A stretch of DNA of 64,000 nt from a bacterium (GTDB lineage Bacteria; Bacillota_I; Bacilli_A; RFN20; CAG-826). Below the pieces are notes generated by a model. That model made no database searches. It was not told where the DNA came from and worked only from the letters and a program-made list of their open reading frames with translations. The DNA lies in assembly GCA_963623195.1 (NCBI GenBank), contig CAVFKA010000010.1, forward strand, positions 64,398 to 128,397. The letters are read 5' to 3'. The position numbers were made by a program, and so were the translations under genes. Positions 63,433 through 64,000 of this stretch are shown here, piece after piece (within the stretch, counting starts at the first letter, position 1; each line of letters opens with the position of its first letter).

Positions 63433-64000
63433 TGAAGAAGAAAGCATTAGGAATCGTAATGGTCGCTAGCTTAGGAATTTTGTTAGCTGGAAGTATCGCC
63501 ATTGGCGCTACCTATTCCTTATGGTCTAGTAAATCTAGCGTTGAAAACCATTTAACATCCGGCAATCTCACACTTAAGTTAGAAAGAACGAAGCTCACCA
63601 AGTGCACGCTTAATAACGACACAGGTTACTTAGTTACCAAAACTGATGAGACGGTCAAAGATTTCAGCAACACTACAACCGCCAATTCAAATATGTTTGA
63701 TATTGAAACGGGCGAATTAGTTGTTCCTGGAAGCTATTATGAAGCAACGCTTAAATTATCCAACGTTGGATCTGTTGCTTTTGACTACACCGTCAAATTA
63801 ACTCTTAGTGATGAGACACCAAGCGCTTTAGCTTCCCAAATCAAGGTCTATATCGATGATACGGCTTCCGATTATCTCTACACAGAGACAAATAGTGGCA
63901 AATTCGATATAACGACTGGTCAAATGGGCAAAGCCGATGCTGCCAAGGAATTCAAAGTCAAAGTCGCATTTGAAGATTTAGACACAAACAATTCTGCAAT
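63432..64000 (+). CDS. TasA/CalY (camelysin)-like protein with a SipW-dependent-type signal peptide (3' end beyond the window)
   Basis: My translation reads MKKKALGIVMVASLGILLAGSIAIGATYSLWSSKSSVENHLTSGNLTLKL...VVPGSYYEATLKLSNVGSVAFDYTVKL. The G-x-TY-x-W/F-S..N.(F/L)xxGxL pattern is the SipW-cognate signal. It is not in the ORF track because no stop lies in the window. Confidence 0.7.
   Translation, partial: MKKKALGIVMVASLGILLAGSIAIGATYSLWSSKSSVENHLTSGNLTLKLERTKLTKCTLNNDTGYLVTKTDETVKDFSNTTTANSNMFDIETGELVVPGSYYEATLKLSNVGSVAFDYTVKLTLSDETPSALASQIKVYIDDTASDYLYTETNSGKFDITTGQMGKADAAKEFKVKVAFEDLDTNNSA

Noticed and set aside
1-64000. CRISPR arrays, IS elements, integrases, prophage or plasmid genes, rRNA
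   Set aside because: I scanned the ORF translations and intergenic regions. There are no repeat-spacer arrays, no transposase, integrase or recombinase motifs and no rRNA-like sequence. The isolated tRNAs are not flanked by integrase genes or direct-repeat att-like duplications that I could see.

Overview
AT-rich chromosomal segment of a low-GC Bacillota / Mollicutes-like bacterium. TGA is used as a stop, for example at 58378-58380, so the code is 11. I support about 55 protein genes and 7 dispersed single tRNA genes, all with encoded CCA and most with their own sigma-A-like promoter and rho-independent terminator. I saw no rRNA, CRISPR array, transposase, integrase or phage genes. Housekeeping content: purA-purB, gltX, deoD, cdaA, recQ, a feoA-feoA-feoB operon with a divergent DtxR-family repressor, a MATE pump and a C69 dipeptidase. 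Four regions deserve attention. (1) A seven-gene Rnf-type operon (36005-40783) has intact membrane subunits D/E/A. RnfC is reduced to an 82-aa Fe-S stub and RnfB to a 108-aa N-terminal module. RnfG is expanded to 481 aa by an internal triplication of its FMN-binding domain. An extra Cys-rich mini-membrane protein is inserted, and a 930-aa GltD-like Fe-S flavoprotein follows the operon. (2) Two diverged paralogous cassettes (20260-25586 on the minus strand, 52400-58721 on the plus strand) each encode a LytTR response regulator, an AgrC-like kinase, a domain-permuted membrane-tethered GH3 glycosidase and a small polytopic membrane protein. Each has 21-bp-phased direct repeats in front of the glycosidase arm. 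(3) A SipW / TasA-like secretion cluster lies at the right edge. (4) There are several degenerate or fused enzymes: a Zn-peptidase homolog without HExxH, a LigB-AMMECR1 fusion, a uridine-kinase-like/CYTH fusion and a CdaA with RHQ in place of RHR. All functional calls come from reading the translated ORFs and motifs by eye. No database search was run.
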